Shown one piece after another: positions 40,056 to 49,659 of a stretch of 60,894 nt of DNA. The notes below the pieces were generated by a model. The model searched no databases. It had not been told where the DNA came from and saw only the letters and a list, made by a program, of their open reading frames with translations. Numbering within the stretch: position 1 is the first letter of the stretch; each line of letters starts with the position of its first letter. Position numbers and translations under genes: made by a program. The DNA lies in assembly GCA_964573775.1 (NCBI GenBank), contig CAZNKU010000004.1, positions 1-60,894 on the forward strand, in the 5' to 3' direction. Origin of the DNA: an uncultured Clostridiaceae bacterium (lineage in GTDB: Bacteria > Bacillota > Clostridia > Monoglobales > Firm-18).

Positions 40056-40837
40056 AGGAAAGATTAGACATATACCTTACGGAAAACGGTTACGCCGAAA
40101 GCCGTGAAAAAGCAAAGAGCATAATTATGGAGGGTATTGTATATATAAATAATCAGAAGGCAATGAAAGCCGGCGACATGGTAAGCGATGGCGACAACGT
40201 TGAAGTACGTGGCAACACACTAAAATACGTTAGCCGTGGCGGACTTAAGCTTGAAAAGGCAATAACCAATTTTGACCTTACACTTGAGGGCAAAGTTTGT
40301 ATGGACGTAGGTGCTTCAACAGGCGGTTTTACGGACTGTATGCTACAAAACGGTGCAAGCAAGGTCTACTGTGTTGATGTAGGCTACGGACAGCTTGCAT
40401 GGAAATTAAGGCAAGATGAACGAGTGCACAATATGGAGCGTACAAATATAAGATACGTTACAGAAAGTGACATTGACGAAAAGCTTGACTTTGCATCAAT
40501 TGACGTTGCATTTATATCTTTAAAGCTTGTACTTCCCGTTGTATACAATCTTTTAAAGGATGACGGCGAAGTGGTTGCACTTATAAAGCCGCAGTTTGAG
40601 GCAGGCAGAGAAAAAGTAGGAAAAAAAGGCGTTGTACGTGACAAAAACGTACATATGGAAGTTATTGAAAATGTATTGGAATTTACAAGAAGCTTTGGTT
40701 TTAAAGTTTCAGAAGTTACCTATTCCCCCATTAAAGGACCTGAAGGCAACATTGAATATCTGATGCATATTTCAAAACAGGGTGAAGATAACGAAATAGA
40801 TATTACAGATATTGTTGAAAATTCTCATACTTTATAA
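40043..40837 (+). CDS. tlyA: TlyA family rRNA (cytidine-2'-O)-methyltransferase
   Basis: ORF 264 aa. S4 domain plus FtsJ-like MTase (DVGASTGGFTD). The true start may be the TTG at 40052 (LKERLDIYL). Confidence 0.88.
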   Translation: MQYLKERLDIYLTENGYAESREKAKSIIMEGIVYINNQKAMKAGDMVSDGDNVEVRGNTLKYVSRGGLKLEKAITNFDLTLEGKVCMDVGASTGGFTDCMLQNGASKVYCVDVGYGQLAWKLRQDERVHNMERTNIRYVTESDIDEKLDFASIDVAFISLKLVLPVVYNLLKDDGEVVALIKPQFEAGREKVGKKGVVRDKNVHMEVIENVLEFTRSFGFKVSEVTYSPIKGPEGNIEYLMHISKQGEDNEIDITDIVENSHTL

Positions 40838-40849
40838 AGGAGAATTGTT

Positions 40850-41677
40850 ATGAAAAAAATTGCAGTTATACCCAACATCTTAAGAGATGAAAATTTTGAG
40901 GGTACAAAAAAAATAATTGAATATCTGAAGTCGAAAGGCATTTATGTTATTGCAGACAACATTCTTAGGGAATATAACCTTGATGTTGAATACAAAGACC
41001 TTGAAACATACAAGGACATTGATATGGCTATAATTATAGGTGGTGACGGTACAATACTTGCATCAAGTAAAAAGTACATAAACACCGATATTCCGATACT
41101 TGGTATAAACCATGGTAACGTAGGATTTTTAACAGAGCTAGAAAAGGGTGATACCGAAGGCTTTGCAGCCATTATAGACGGTAACTATTCTGTTGAAAAA
41201 AGGCCTATTATAGAGGTTGAACACCTCGGAAGAAAATATTATTCCATAAACGAAGCATCAATACACAGAGGTAATTCTCCCAAAATGCTTGATATTGACA
41301 TTATAATTGAAAATGTTTCAATGAATAAATTTAAAGCAGACGGTCTTATAGTTGCTACCTCCTCCGGCTCTACTGCATATTCACTTGCGGCAGGGGGACC
41401 TATAATTGACCCGTCGTTAAATGCCTTTGTAGTTACTCCCGTTTGTCCTCACAACATAAATATACGAAGTGTTGTAGTATCAAACGAGGCGGAAATAAAA
41501 ATAGAAATCAAGGATTCCGAACTGTGCACATTCTCTGTAGACGGCAATTTAATTGAAGAAATTAACGGAAACAGTGAAATAATTATTAAAAAAGGTGGAT
41601 ATTTGAATACTGTAAGGCAAAGCAAAAATTCTTTTTACAAAAAACTTAAAAGAAAAATATTTGAAAAGGAAATTTGA
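40850..41677 (+). CDS. nadK: NAD kinase
   Basis: ORF 275 aa. IIGGDGTIL and GSTAYSLAAGGPI. Confidence 0.92.
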   Translation: MKKIAVIPNILRDENFEGTKKIIEYLKSKGIYVIADNILREYNLDVEYKDLETYKDIDMAIIIGGDGTILASSKKYINTDIPILGINHGNVGFLTELEKGDTEGFAAIIDGNYSVEKRPIIEVEHLGRKYYSINEASIHRGNSPKMLDIDIIIENVSMNKFKADGLIVATSSGSTAYSLAAGGPIIDPSLNAFVVTPVCPHNINIRSVVVSNEAEIKIEIKDSELCTFSVDGNLIEEINGNSEIIIKKGGYLNTVRQSKNSFYKKLKRKIFEKEI

Positions 41678-41679
41678 TT

Positions 41680-42132
41680 ATGTATACAAAAAAACAACGT
41701 CATGCTAAAATATTGGAGCTTATTAAAAACGAGGCCATTGAAAGACAGGAAGATATTGCAAAAAAGCTTAACGATATGGGCTATATGGTTACACAGGCCA
41801 CAGTTTCAAGAGATATAAGAGATTTAAACCTTATAAAACAATCCGTAGGCGGTGTTATAAAATATGTACTGCCTGAAGAAGTTACAACAGACAACACCGT
41901 AAAGCTTATAGACATTTTCGGAAACAGCGTTGTATCCGTTGAAAGTGCTGAAAATTTATTGGTTGTAAAAACTCTAAGCGGTACTGCACACGCAGCGGCT
42001 TCTGCAATAGATGCAATGTCAAACACTATGATTTTAGGCACAATTGCAGGTGATGATACAATACTTGTAATTGTAAAAAATACTGAACAGGCAGAAATGG
42101 TGAAAAAAGAAATTACTCAGCTTATAAAATAA
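41680..42132 (+). CDS. argR: arginine repressor
   Basis: ORF 41674..42132, ATG at 41680. MYTKKQRHAKILELI...VTQATVSRDIRDL; C-terminal GTIAGDDTILV. Confidence 0.92.
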   Translation: MYTKKQRHAKILELIKNEAIERQEDIAKKLNDMGYMVTQATVSRDIRDLNLIKQSVGGVIKYVLPEEVTTDNTVKLIDIFGNSVVSVESAENLLVVKTLSGTAHAAASAIDAMSNTMILGTIAGDDTILVIVKNTEQAEMVKKEITQLIK

Positions 42133-42144
42133 AGGATGTAAATT

Positions 42145-43818
42145 ATGCTTGAGAGACTACACATAAAAAATATAGCTGTCATTGATGAGGCAGAAATTGA
42201 ATTTAATAAAGGTTTTAACGTACTTACAGGCGAAACGGGTGCAGGTAAGTCTATTATCATTGACTCTATAAATATGGTATTGGGTGAACGTACAAGCAAA
42301 TCTATTATCCGTAACGGTGAGAAAAAGGCTGTAGTTGAAGCCATGTTTTCAATAGATAATTCCGAAATTATAAAAACACTTGATGAAAACGGCATTGAAG
42401 TTGAAGATGGAATGTTAATACTTTACCGTGACCTTAACACAGACGGCAAAAGTCTTTGTAAAATAAACGGTTCTATGACTACAGCATCGGGCATTCGTGA
42501 AATTGCAAATATGCTTATTAACATACACGGTCAGCAGGATAATCAGGCATTGTTAACACCTTCTTCCTACATCAGCTTTTTGAACAGCTATGCAAACCTT
42601 GCATCAAAGCTTGATGAATACAGAGTATATTATAATAAGGTAAATGAAATTTACGACAAGCTTAATTCCCTGCAGGTTGACGAACTTGAAAAGGAAAGAA
42701 TGACCGACCTTTACAGCTTCCAGATAAAAGAAATTGAAGATGCAAAATTGGTTATCGGCGAAGACGAACAGCTTGCAGAACGCAGAAAGTTCATAAGCGG
42801 TATAAGTAAAATTTCAGAAGCTTTGAACTACTCTCACGAAGCGCTTTACAGTAGCGACCAAAATGTATACGACACCATATCCTCCGTTGCTAACAGCTTT
42901 ATGTCTGTTGCGGAATATGATGTAAAACTTAATGAAATATATGAAAGGCTTAACAGTGCAGCAATTGAGCTTGACGACATAATCTATCAAATACGCGACT
43001 ATCGTGATGGTATGGATTTTGACGAAAGTGAAGCCAACAGCATTGAATCACGTCTTGACCTTATAAATACATTAAAGCGTAAATACGGTAATTCTATTGA
43101 AGAAATAATTGAATATAAAAATGACATTGAAAACAAATTATACTCCATCACAAAAAGTGATGAAGAAACCGAAAAGCTTAACCAAGAACTTGCAGCTACA
43201 ACAGGAACACGCAACAAGATTGCTGCTGAAATAACAAAAACACGTACAAAATATGCAACAGAGCTTAGCGACAAAATATGCAAAGAGCTTGCAGACCTTG
43301 ATATGTCTAAGGTTAAATTTGACGTACAGATAAAAGAATGTGAATATAACAAAAACGGCTGTGACAGTGTGGAATTTTTAATTTCCGTAAATGCAGGGGA
43401 GCCTTTAAAGCCACTTTCCAAAATAGCATCGGGCGGTGAAATGTCAAGAATTATGCTTGCAATAAAGTCTATATTTGCAGATTCTGACCCTGTTGATACA
43501 TTGATATTTGACGAAATTGATACAGGTGTAAGCGGACGTGCAGCCCAGAAGATTGCTGAAAAGATAAACAAAATTGCAGGTAACAAACAAATACTTTGCA
43601 TTACACACCTTGCACAGATTGCTGCTATGGCCGGTACTCACTTCCTTATAGAAAAGAATGTTGAGGCAGAGCACACATATACAAATGTTACTCCTCTTGA
43701 CGAAAACTCAAGGAAAAATGAGCTTGCAAGAATTATCGGCGGTGCACAGATTACCGACATTACAATTCAAGCGGCATCAGAAATGTTGGAATTGGCAGAT
43801 AAACTTAAAAGGTCGTGA
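42145..43818 (+). CDS. recN: DNA repair protein RecN
   Basis: ORF 557 aa. Walker A GETGAGKS, coiled coil, signature ASGGEMSR, Walker B LIFDEIDTG. Confidence 0.95.
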   Translation: MLERLHIKNIAVIDEAEIEFNKGFNVLTGETGAGKSIIIDSINMVLGERTSKSIIRNGEKKAVVEAMFSIDNSEIIKTLDENGIEVEDGMLILYRDLNTDGKSLCKINGSMTTASGIREIANMLINIHGQQDNQALLTPSSYISFLNSYANLASKLDEYRVYYNKVNEIYDKLNSLQVDELEKERMTDLYSFQIKEIEDAKLVIGEDEQLAERRKFISGISKISEALNYSHEALYSSDQNVYDTISSVANSFMSVAEYDVKLNEIYERLNSAAIELDDIIYQIRDYRDGMDFDESEANSIESRLDLINTLKRKYGNSIEEIIEYKNDIENKLYSITKSDEETEKLNQELAATTGTRNKIAAEITKTRTKYATELSDKICKELADLDMSKVKFDVQIKECEYNKNGCDSVEFLISVNAGEPLKPLSKIASGGEMSRIMLAIKSIFADSDPVDTLIFDEIDTGVSGRAAQKIAEKINKIAGNKQILCITHLAQIAAMAGTHFLIEKNVEAEHTYTNVTPLDENSRKNELARIIGGAQITDITIQAASEMLELADKLKRS

Positions 43819-43822
43819 TTGA

Positions 43823-44191
43823 TTGAATAAGAATGGTATTGTGGAAAAGGTTGATGGAAACAAGGTAACAGTGAAAATACAGCGTGATTCTGCCTGCGGT
43901 GAGAACTGCGCTATGTGCAATGCCTGCCCGGGTAAGGACATGCTTATTACAGTAGAAACTGATATAAAACTCGCGGTAGGTGACAAGGTAAGGCTTGAAA
44001 CAAATACAAAAACTGTGTTACTCTCTGCTTTCTGTGTTTATATTCTACCTATTGTGCTACTAATTGTTGGTTATGCCCTATATACACTATATCTTGGGCT
44101 TATACTTATGATATTTTCCTTTACAATATTATTACAGGCTGATAAAAAAATTAATAAAAAACATCTTATAAAGTTGAGCAAAGTGCATTAA
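43823..44191 (+). CDS. SoxR-reducing system RseC family protein
   Basis: ORF 122 aa (TTG start). GIVEKVDGNKVTVKIQRDSACGENCAMCNAC plus two TM helices. Confidence 0.75.
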   Translation: MNKNGIVEKVDGNKVTVKIQRDSACGENCAMCNACPGKDMLITVETDIKLAVGDKVRLETNTKTVLLSAFCVYILPIVLLIVGYALYTLYLGLILMIFSFTILLQADKKINKKHLIKLSKVH

Positions 44192-44216
44192 ATCAAGCAT
44201 TTTGCTCATTTTTTTG
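44176..44216 (+). terminator. intrinsic terminator ending the nusB-recN-rseC block
   Basis: Stem GAGCAAA / TTTGCTC (44176-44182 / 44201-44207) followed by ATTTTTTT. Confidence 0.55.
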
Positions 44217-44229
44217 TCAAAATAAATTT

Positions 44230-44281
44230 ATAACAACATATTGTTATTTACTATTGACAAAGTAACTATATGTTGTTATAA
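44230..44281 (+). promoter_or_regulatory. pair of NrdR boxes
   Basis: ATAACAACATATTGTTAT (44230-44247) and TAACTATATGTTGTTATA (44264-44281). Both are A/T-rich palindromes of the acaCwAtATaTwGtgt type, with centres about 34 bp apart. The second overlaps the promoter spacer and -10 element of nrdD. Confidence 0.7.
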
Positions 44282-44282
44282 T
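44254..44282 (+). promoter_or_regulatory. exact consensus sigma-A promoter of nrdD
   Basis: TTGACA (44254-44259), 17 nt, TATAAT (44277-44282). Confidence 0.7.
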
Positions 44283-44294
44283 ATAAATGCACGC

Positions 44295-44318
44295 AAACCC
44301 AAGATGTTGGGTTTTTTT
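44295..44318 (+). terminator. terminator-like hairpin inside the nrdD 5' leader
   Basis: AAACCCAA gatg TTGGGTTT followed by TTTT (seven T in a row including the stem). It begins about 13 nt after the -10 element. Confidence 0.5.
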
Positions 44319-44371
44319 AGTCTATGAAGAAATGAAATACGATATAAATTATGAGGAAAGGAGATTTTATT

Positions 44372-46549
44372 ATGAAGATTATCAAGCGAAGCGGTGCGGA
44401 AGTTGTTTTTGACCCGGAAAAAATTATTATTGCTATTTCCAAGGCTAATGACAGTGTTGTTCCAAGTGCAAGAATGACACCTATACAGATTAAAAGAATT
44501 GCCGAAGACGTTGAAAGTGCAGCTCTTAACATAAACCGTTCACTAAGCGTGGAAGAAATTCAGGATATGGTGGAAGACCAGATTATGAACCAGCGTGCTT
44601 TTGAAGTGGCAAGACGTTATATTACATACCGTTATACACGTGCATTGGTTCGTAAATCAAACACTACAGATGAACAGATTTTAAGTCTTATTGAATGCAA
44701 CAACGAAGAGGTTAAACAGGAAAACTCCAACAAAAACCCTACTGTTAACAGCGTTCAGCGTGACTATATGGCAGGTGAGGTAAGTAAGGATATTACAAAA
44801 CGTATTCTTCTTCCGACCGACATTGTTGCTGCACATGAACAGGGTATTATCCACTTCCACGATGCAGACTACTTTGCACAGCATATGCACAACTGTGACC
44901 TTGTAAACCTTGAGGATATGTTGCAGAACGGTACTGTTATAAGCGGTACTATGATTGAAAAGCCACACAGCTTTTCAACAGCTTGTAACATTTCAACACA
45001 GATTATTGCACAGGTTGCCTCCTGTCAGTACGGCGGTCAGAGCATAAGTCTTACACATCTTGCTCCATTTGTTGACGTAAGCCGTCAAAAGATTAAAAAG
45101 CAGGTTATTGAAGAATTTAAATCAATAAATCAGGATGCTACTGAAGAACAGATTAACGAAATTACCGAAAAGAGACTTCGTGACGAAGTTAAAAGCGGTG
45201 TACAGATGATACAGTATCAGGTTGTTACACTTATGACAACTAACGGACAGGCTCCTTTTGTAACTGTATTTATGTACCTTAATGAAGCTAAAAACGAGCA
45301 GGAAAAGAAAGACCTTGCTTTGGTTATTGAAGAAACATTGAAACAGCGTTATCAGGGTGTTAAAAACGAAAAGGGTGTATGGATTACTCCTGCATTCCCT
45401 AAGCTTATTTACGTTTTGGAAGAAGACAACATTCACAAGGACAGCAAATATTACTACCTTACAGAATTGGCGGCAAAATGTACTGCTAAACGTATGGTAC
45501 CCGACTATATTTCAGAAAAGGTAATGCTTCAGAACAAAATTGACAAAAACGGTGAAGGTCATTGCTACACTTGTATGGGTTGCAGAAGCTTCCTTACTCC
45601 TTTTGTTGATGAAAACGGCAAGCCTAAATATTACGGCAGATTTAACCAGGGCGTTGTAACCGTAAACCTTGTTGATATTGGTCTTTCCGCTAACAAGGAT
45701 ATGGACAAATTCTGGGAAATATTTGACGAACGTATGGACCTTTGTCACAGAGCATTACAGTGCAGACACGAAAGGCTTACAGGCACACTATCAGATGCCG
45801 CGCCTATTTTGTGGCAACACGGTGCACTTTTAAGACTTGGAAAAGGTGAAAGCATTGACAAGTATCTGCACGGTGGATATTCTACACTTTCACTTGGTTA
45901 TGCAGGTCTTTGGGAATGTGTGTATAGTCTTATCGGCAAAAAGCTTACAGAGACTGAGGGTGAAGAATTAGGCCTTGAAATTATGCGCAAACTTAACGAA
46001 TATACTGCTAAGTGGAAGGCTGAAGAAAACATAGACTATTCACTTTACGGTACACCTTTGGAAAGCACAACATACAAATTTGCCAAGAATTTACAGAGCA
46101 GATTTGGTATTATAAAGGGTGTTACAGACAAAAACTACATTACAAACAGTTATCATGTTCATGTAACAGAAAACATTGATGCTTTCGACAAGCTTGCTTT
46201 GGAATCCAAATTCCAGGCTCTTTCACCGGGTGGTGCTATTTCTTACGTAGAAGTTCCTAATATGCAAAATAATCTTGAAGCTGTTCTATCAGTAATGAGA
46301 TTTATTTACGACAACATTATGTATGCGGAGCTTAACACAAAGAGTGACTACTGTCAGGAATGCGGCTTTGACGGTGAAATAGAAGTTAAGGAAGACGCAG
46401 ACGGCAAGCTTATCTGGACATGCCCTAACTGTGGCAACAATGACCAGACAAAGCTTAACGTTGCAAGAAGAACCTGCGGTTACATCGGTACACAGTTTTG
46501 GAATCAGGGAAGAACACAGGAAATTAAAGAACGAGTTCTTCACTTATAA
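44372..46549 (+). CDS. nrdD: anaerobic ribonucleoside-triphosphate reductase (class III)
   Basis: ORF 44351..46549. GGAAAGGAG RBS then ATG at 44372. ATP-cone N-terminus (MKIIKRSGAEVVFDPEKI), Zn site CQECGF...CPNCGN, glycyl-radical motif RRTCGYIG. Confidence 0.95.
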   Translation: MKIIKRSGAEVVFDPEKIIIAISKANDSVVPSARMTPIQIKRIAEDVESAALNINRSLSVEEIQDMVEDQIMNQRAFEVARRYITYRYTRALVRKSNTTDEQILSLIECNNEEVKQENSNKNPTVNSVQRDYMAGEVSKDITKRILLPTDIVAAHEQGIIHFHDADYFAQHMHNCDLVNLEDMLQNGTVISGTMIEKPHSFSTACNISTQIIAQVASCQYGGQSISLTHLAPFVDVSRQKIKKQVIEEFKSINQDATEEQINEITEKRLRDEVKSGVQMIQYQVVTLMTTNGQAPFVTVFMYLNEAKNEQEKKDLALVIEETLKQRYQGVKNEKGVWITPAFPKLIYVLEEDNIHKDSKYYYLTELAAKCTAKRMVPDYISEKVMLQNKIDKNGEGHCYTCMGCRSFLTPFVDENGKPKYYGRFNQGVVTVNLVDIGLSANKDMDKFWEIFDERMDLCHRALQCRHERLTGTLSDAAPILWQHGALLRLGKGESIDKYLHGGYSTLSLGYAGLWECVYSLIGKKLTETEGEELGLEIMRKLNEYTAKWKAEENIDYSLYGTPLESTTYKFAKNLQSRFGIIKGVTDKNYITNSYHVHVTENIDAFDKLALESKFQALSPGGAISYVEVPNMQNNLEAVLSVMRFIYDNIMYAELNTKSDYCQECGFDGEIEVKEDADGKLIWTCPNCGNNDQTKLNVARRTCGYIGTQFWNQGRTQEIKERVLHL

Positions 46550-46576
46550 AACGGGATGTAAAACTGTAAATTTAAT

Positions 46577-46605
46577 AACGGGCGCCTAAAAAGCGTCCGT
46601 TTTTT
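46577..46605 (+). terminator. imperfect hairpin plus T-run between nrdD and nrdG (partial terminator or processing site)
   Basis: AACGGGCGC / GCGTCCGTT (one mismatch) followed by TTTT. Confidence 0.45.
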
Positions 46606-46618
46606 AAGGATTGATTTT

Positions 46619-47170
46619 ATGAATTACGCTACAATTAAAAAAAACGATATAGCAAACGGTCCCGGAATACGTGTTTCACTTTTCGTAAGCGGATGCCGTC
46701 ACAGATGCAAAAACTGTTTTAACAGTGAAGCATGGGATTTTAATTACGGCAAGGAATTTAACGATGCGATTATCGGCGAAATAATTACAGCGTTAAAACC
46801 CGACTATGTGGAAGGCATCTCCCTTTTGGGCGGTGAGCCCTTTGAACCTGAAAATCAAGAGGGTCTTATTAAACTCCTTGAAAAGTTGAAAAGTGAACTA
46901 CCCGATAAAAATGTATGGTGCTACACGGGCTTTACTTTTGAAAAAGATTTGATGAACGGCAGTGAAAACGTAAAAAAACTCCTTTCACTTATAGACGTTT
47001 TGGTAGACGGAAAGTTTGTGGAAGAACTTAAAGACCCCTCCCTTATCTTCCGTGGTTCTTCAAATCAGAATATAATCGACGTTCCAAAGTCATTGGAATG
47101 TAAGTCTACAATTTTACTTAAAGGCACCTGGAAACGAAAAATGGGCTCTACAAATATATATGAGGCATAG
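46619..47170 (+). CDS. nrdG: anaerobic ribonucleotide reductase activating protein (radical SAM)
   Basis: ORF 183 aa. GPGIRVSLFVSGCRHRCKNCFN (CX3CX2C). Confidence 0.93.
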   Translation: MNYATIKKNDIANGPGIRVSLFVSGCRHRCKNCFNSEAWDFNYGKEFNDAIIGEIITALKPDYVEGISLLGGEPFEPENQEGLIKLLEKLKSELPDKNVWCYTGFTFEKDLMNGSENVKKLLSLIDVLVDGKFVEELKDPSLIFRGSSNQNIIDVPKSLECKSTILLKGTWKRKMGSTNIYEA

Positions 47171-47222
47171 AAAAAGCTTTACGCTTCAAACCGTTTATTG
47201 CCAAAAATAATTATAACTATAA

Positions 47223-47257
47223 AACCGCAAGGAAAACATCAAATTTTCCTTGCGGTT
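47223..47257 (+). terminator. intrinsic terminator after nrdG
   Basis: 14-bp stem AACCGCAAGGAAAA / TTTTCCTTGCGGTT. Confidence 0.75.
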
Positions 47258-47346
47258 ACTTGCTTTTTGCCAATTTATACTCTACCGTACACAGTGGAGG
47301 CTTTTTATTTTAACATTATTTAACAATCTTTAATTGCGAGAAATAA

Positions 47347-47527
47347 GGTTTAGATGCAAACCTGTTTTAGCTAAATTTTTCGCCCATAGCTAAATAACTC
47401 CTTTGGAGTAGCTAAATTAAATTCGCCTTAAGCTGACCGTAGGTCAATTTATCTACAAAGTAATTTAGCGTACTTTAGTACATTTAGCTCGCCGTCAGGC
47501 GAATTTAGCTGCGTTGCTTTGCAACGC
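47347..47527. repeat. ladder of AGCTAAAT / ATTTAGCT octamer repeats interleaved with mini-hairpins
   Basis: AGCTAAAT at 47369, 47388 and 47410. Its complement ATTTAGC(T) at 47463, 47482 and 47503. Hairpins at 47347-62, 47397-409, 47434-46, 47470-81, 47489-502 and 47511-27. Confidence 0.8.
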
Positions 47528-47552
47528 TCGTGTCAAGTCAGGCCAAAAAGAT

Positions 47553-48791
47553 TTATATGTCATTATTTAAGTTCTGTATATATTTATGCATAGTTTCTGC
47601 CACAACCTTGCTATGAGCAACTGCCTCAACAACGGTACGTGCACCGTTTACCACATCGCCCGATGCAAATATTCCCGGGCGAGTTGTATTGCCCACCTCG
47701 TCTGCTACCAAAAGTCCGGATTTATTTGCTTCAAGTCCCGTTGTGGTAGACACTATTATATTTTTAGGTCCCTGACTGATTGCAATGATAACCGAATCCG
47801 AATGATAAAATTTATCACTTCCCTTTACCTCTTCAATAGTCCCGTCGTCATTCTCTATGATATCCCGAAAAATCACACCATCATCAAGAATTTCTATCGG
47901 CTTAAGATTGTATTGAAATTTTACACCTTCAAGTTTTGCATAGCTGTATTCATAATCACTTGCCGCAACCTTTTTTTCCAAAGAAAAACAGGTTACTTCC
48001 CTACAACCGCTGCGTACCGCTGTCCTTGCAACATCCATAGCAGCATTACCTGCACCGATTATGGTTACTTTTTCTCCCAATTTGTATACATTGGGATTAT
48101 TAAGATAGTTTATGGCAAAATGAACATTTCCAAGGGTTTCACCTTTGATATGCAATGTATTGGGACTCCATACACCTGTGCCTATGAAAATAGCCTTATA
48201 CCCATCCCGAAATAAATCATCCACGCCTATAGCATCGCCAATGCGAATGTTTGGACGAATTTTTATACCCTTTAGTTCTATGTGACGATACTGAAGATCA
48301 TCAAGCACGCTTTTGGGCAATCTGAACTCAGGTATGCCATAGCGCAAAACTCCCCCTATTTTATCCTTACTCTCAAAAATCGTAACCTGATAACCATAGC
48401 GGGCAAGAATAATTGCAATGGTAAGTCCCGCAGGACCTGAGCCAACAATAGCAACTTTCTGACCATTTGATTTTGCAGGTCCCTTAGTCATTTTAGGTGC
48501 ATATGTACCGGATATATAGCTTTCGATTGCAGAAAAATGAACCGGCGAACCTTTTTTGTTCAGTACACAGTTCCCTTCACACTGTTTCTCATGATTACAA
48601 ACCAAACTGCAAACTGTGGTGAGGGGGTTGTTTTCAAATAATAACTTTCCTGCTTCATCCAACTTATTATCCTTCAAAAGACCAATAGCTTTAGGAATTG
48701 GCGTATTTATGGGACATCCTTTTTGGCATGTTGGATTTTTACATTGAAGGCAACGGTTAGCCTCGTCTAAAATATGAAGTGCCATTAACAT
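47553..48791 (-). CDS. GltD/NfnB-like NAD(P)H-dependent FAD oxidoreductase (glutamate synthase small-chain family)
   Basis: ORF 412 aa. N-terminal Cys clusters (CLQCKNPTCQKGCP; CNHEKQCEGNC), VAIVGSGPAGLT, GGVLRYGIPEFRLPK. Confidence 0.85.
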   Translation of the reverse strand: MLMALHILDEANRCLQCKNPTCQKGCPINTPIPKAIGLLKDNKLDEAGKLLFENNPLTTVCSLVCNHEKQCEGNCVLNKKGSPVHFSAIESYISGTYAPKMTKGPAKSNGQKVAIVGSGPAGLTIAIILARYGYQVTIFESKDKIGGVLRYGIPEFRLPKSVLDDLQYRHIELKGIKIRPNIRIGDAIGVDDLFRDGYKAIFIGTGVWSPNTLHIKGETLGNVHFAINYLNNPNVYKLGEKVTIIGAGNAAMDVARTAVRSGCREVTCFSLEKKVAASDYEYSYAKLEGVKFQYNLKPIEILDDGVIFRDIIENDDGTIEEVKGSDKFYHSDSVIIAISQGPKNIIVSTTTGLEANKSGLLVADEVGNTTRPGIFASGDVVNGARTVVEAVAHSKVVAETMHKYIQNLNNDI

Positions 48792-48891
48792 TTTCCTCCG
48801 TTCATTTTTAATTATGATTCACTATATAATATCATAATGCAAATTTATGCTATCGCCTACAAGTAGTATTTTTTCACATTTACAACACTTC

Positions 48892-49659
48892 CTATATATT
48901 AAAAAGCCTTTTTGCATTATTCAATAATATATTTTCTTTATCTCTTTGAGCAATCATTGCAAACTCAATTCTTCCTCTTTGTGAAGCAGCAGAATAGGTA
49001 TCTGTACCGAATAAAATATGTTCAGAGCCTATTTGTGATACAGCATACTCTATTACCCTATTTTGAATACTCGCTATACCTGATGTGTCTACATAAACAT
49101 TTTCATATTTCGCATTTCTGACTGCTTCAATATGATGTATGCCTTTCAAATGTGCCATAATAAAAGTTGTATTTTGATATTTGTTTGCAAAAGGAACAAT
49201 ATTATCAGCAACTTTTTCAGGATGAATCTGCACAATCGCAGAATGTTTATTTGCAAACGAGAAAATCTTATCACCATATTCGGCAATAGAATATTCATGG
49301 CACACCGGATGAATTTTTATTCCTACACATTTTTCAGATTTAAGCATTCTTTCGGCTTGCATAAATGTATTTTCGTTTCTTGGTTCAATAATAACCCATT
49401 GATATAAATTCTCTGTTTTGTTTGCTAAGTCAAACATATACTCATTTGAAGTCTCAGTTCTTTCTTTATCAAGTAATCCATCAAATGGTGAAACAAACAC
49501 CTTACCTATATGTGCCATTTCACTCATTTTTGATAATACATCCCAATAGGCAGTATAAAAATCACCTTCTTGCATCATTTTAGAAAGATAATTATGTGCT
49601 ATACTCTCTTTTGAACCATAATTCAAATGACAATGTGTATCAATTGCATTTATAAACAT
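48892..49659 (-). CDS. amidohydrolase-superfamily (TIM-barrel metal-dependent) hydrolase
   Basis: ORF 255 aa. N-terminal IDTHCHL metal-binding motif. Internal H residues and a D near the C-terminus (FGTDT). Confidence 0.65.
   Translation of the reverse strand: MFINAIDTHCHLNYGSKESIAHNYLSKMMQEGDFYTAYWDVLSKMSEMAHIGKVFVSPFDGLLDKERTETSNEYMFDLANKTENLYQWVIIEPRNENTFMQAERMLKSEKCVGIKIHPVCHEYSIAEYGDKIFSFANKHSAIVQIHPEKVADNIVPFANKYQNTTFIMAHLKGIHHIEAVRNAKYENVYVDTSGIASIQNRVIEYAVSQIGSEHILFGTDTYSAASQRGRIEFAMIAQRDKENILLNNAKRLFNI

Noticed and set aside
47369-47510. The AGCTAAAT repeat region as a CRISPR array
   Set aside because: The repeats are only 8 nt long, occur in both orientations, and are spaced 11-14 nt apart by sequences that are themselves palindromes. 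No cas genes are in the window.
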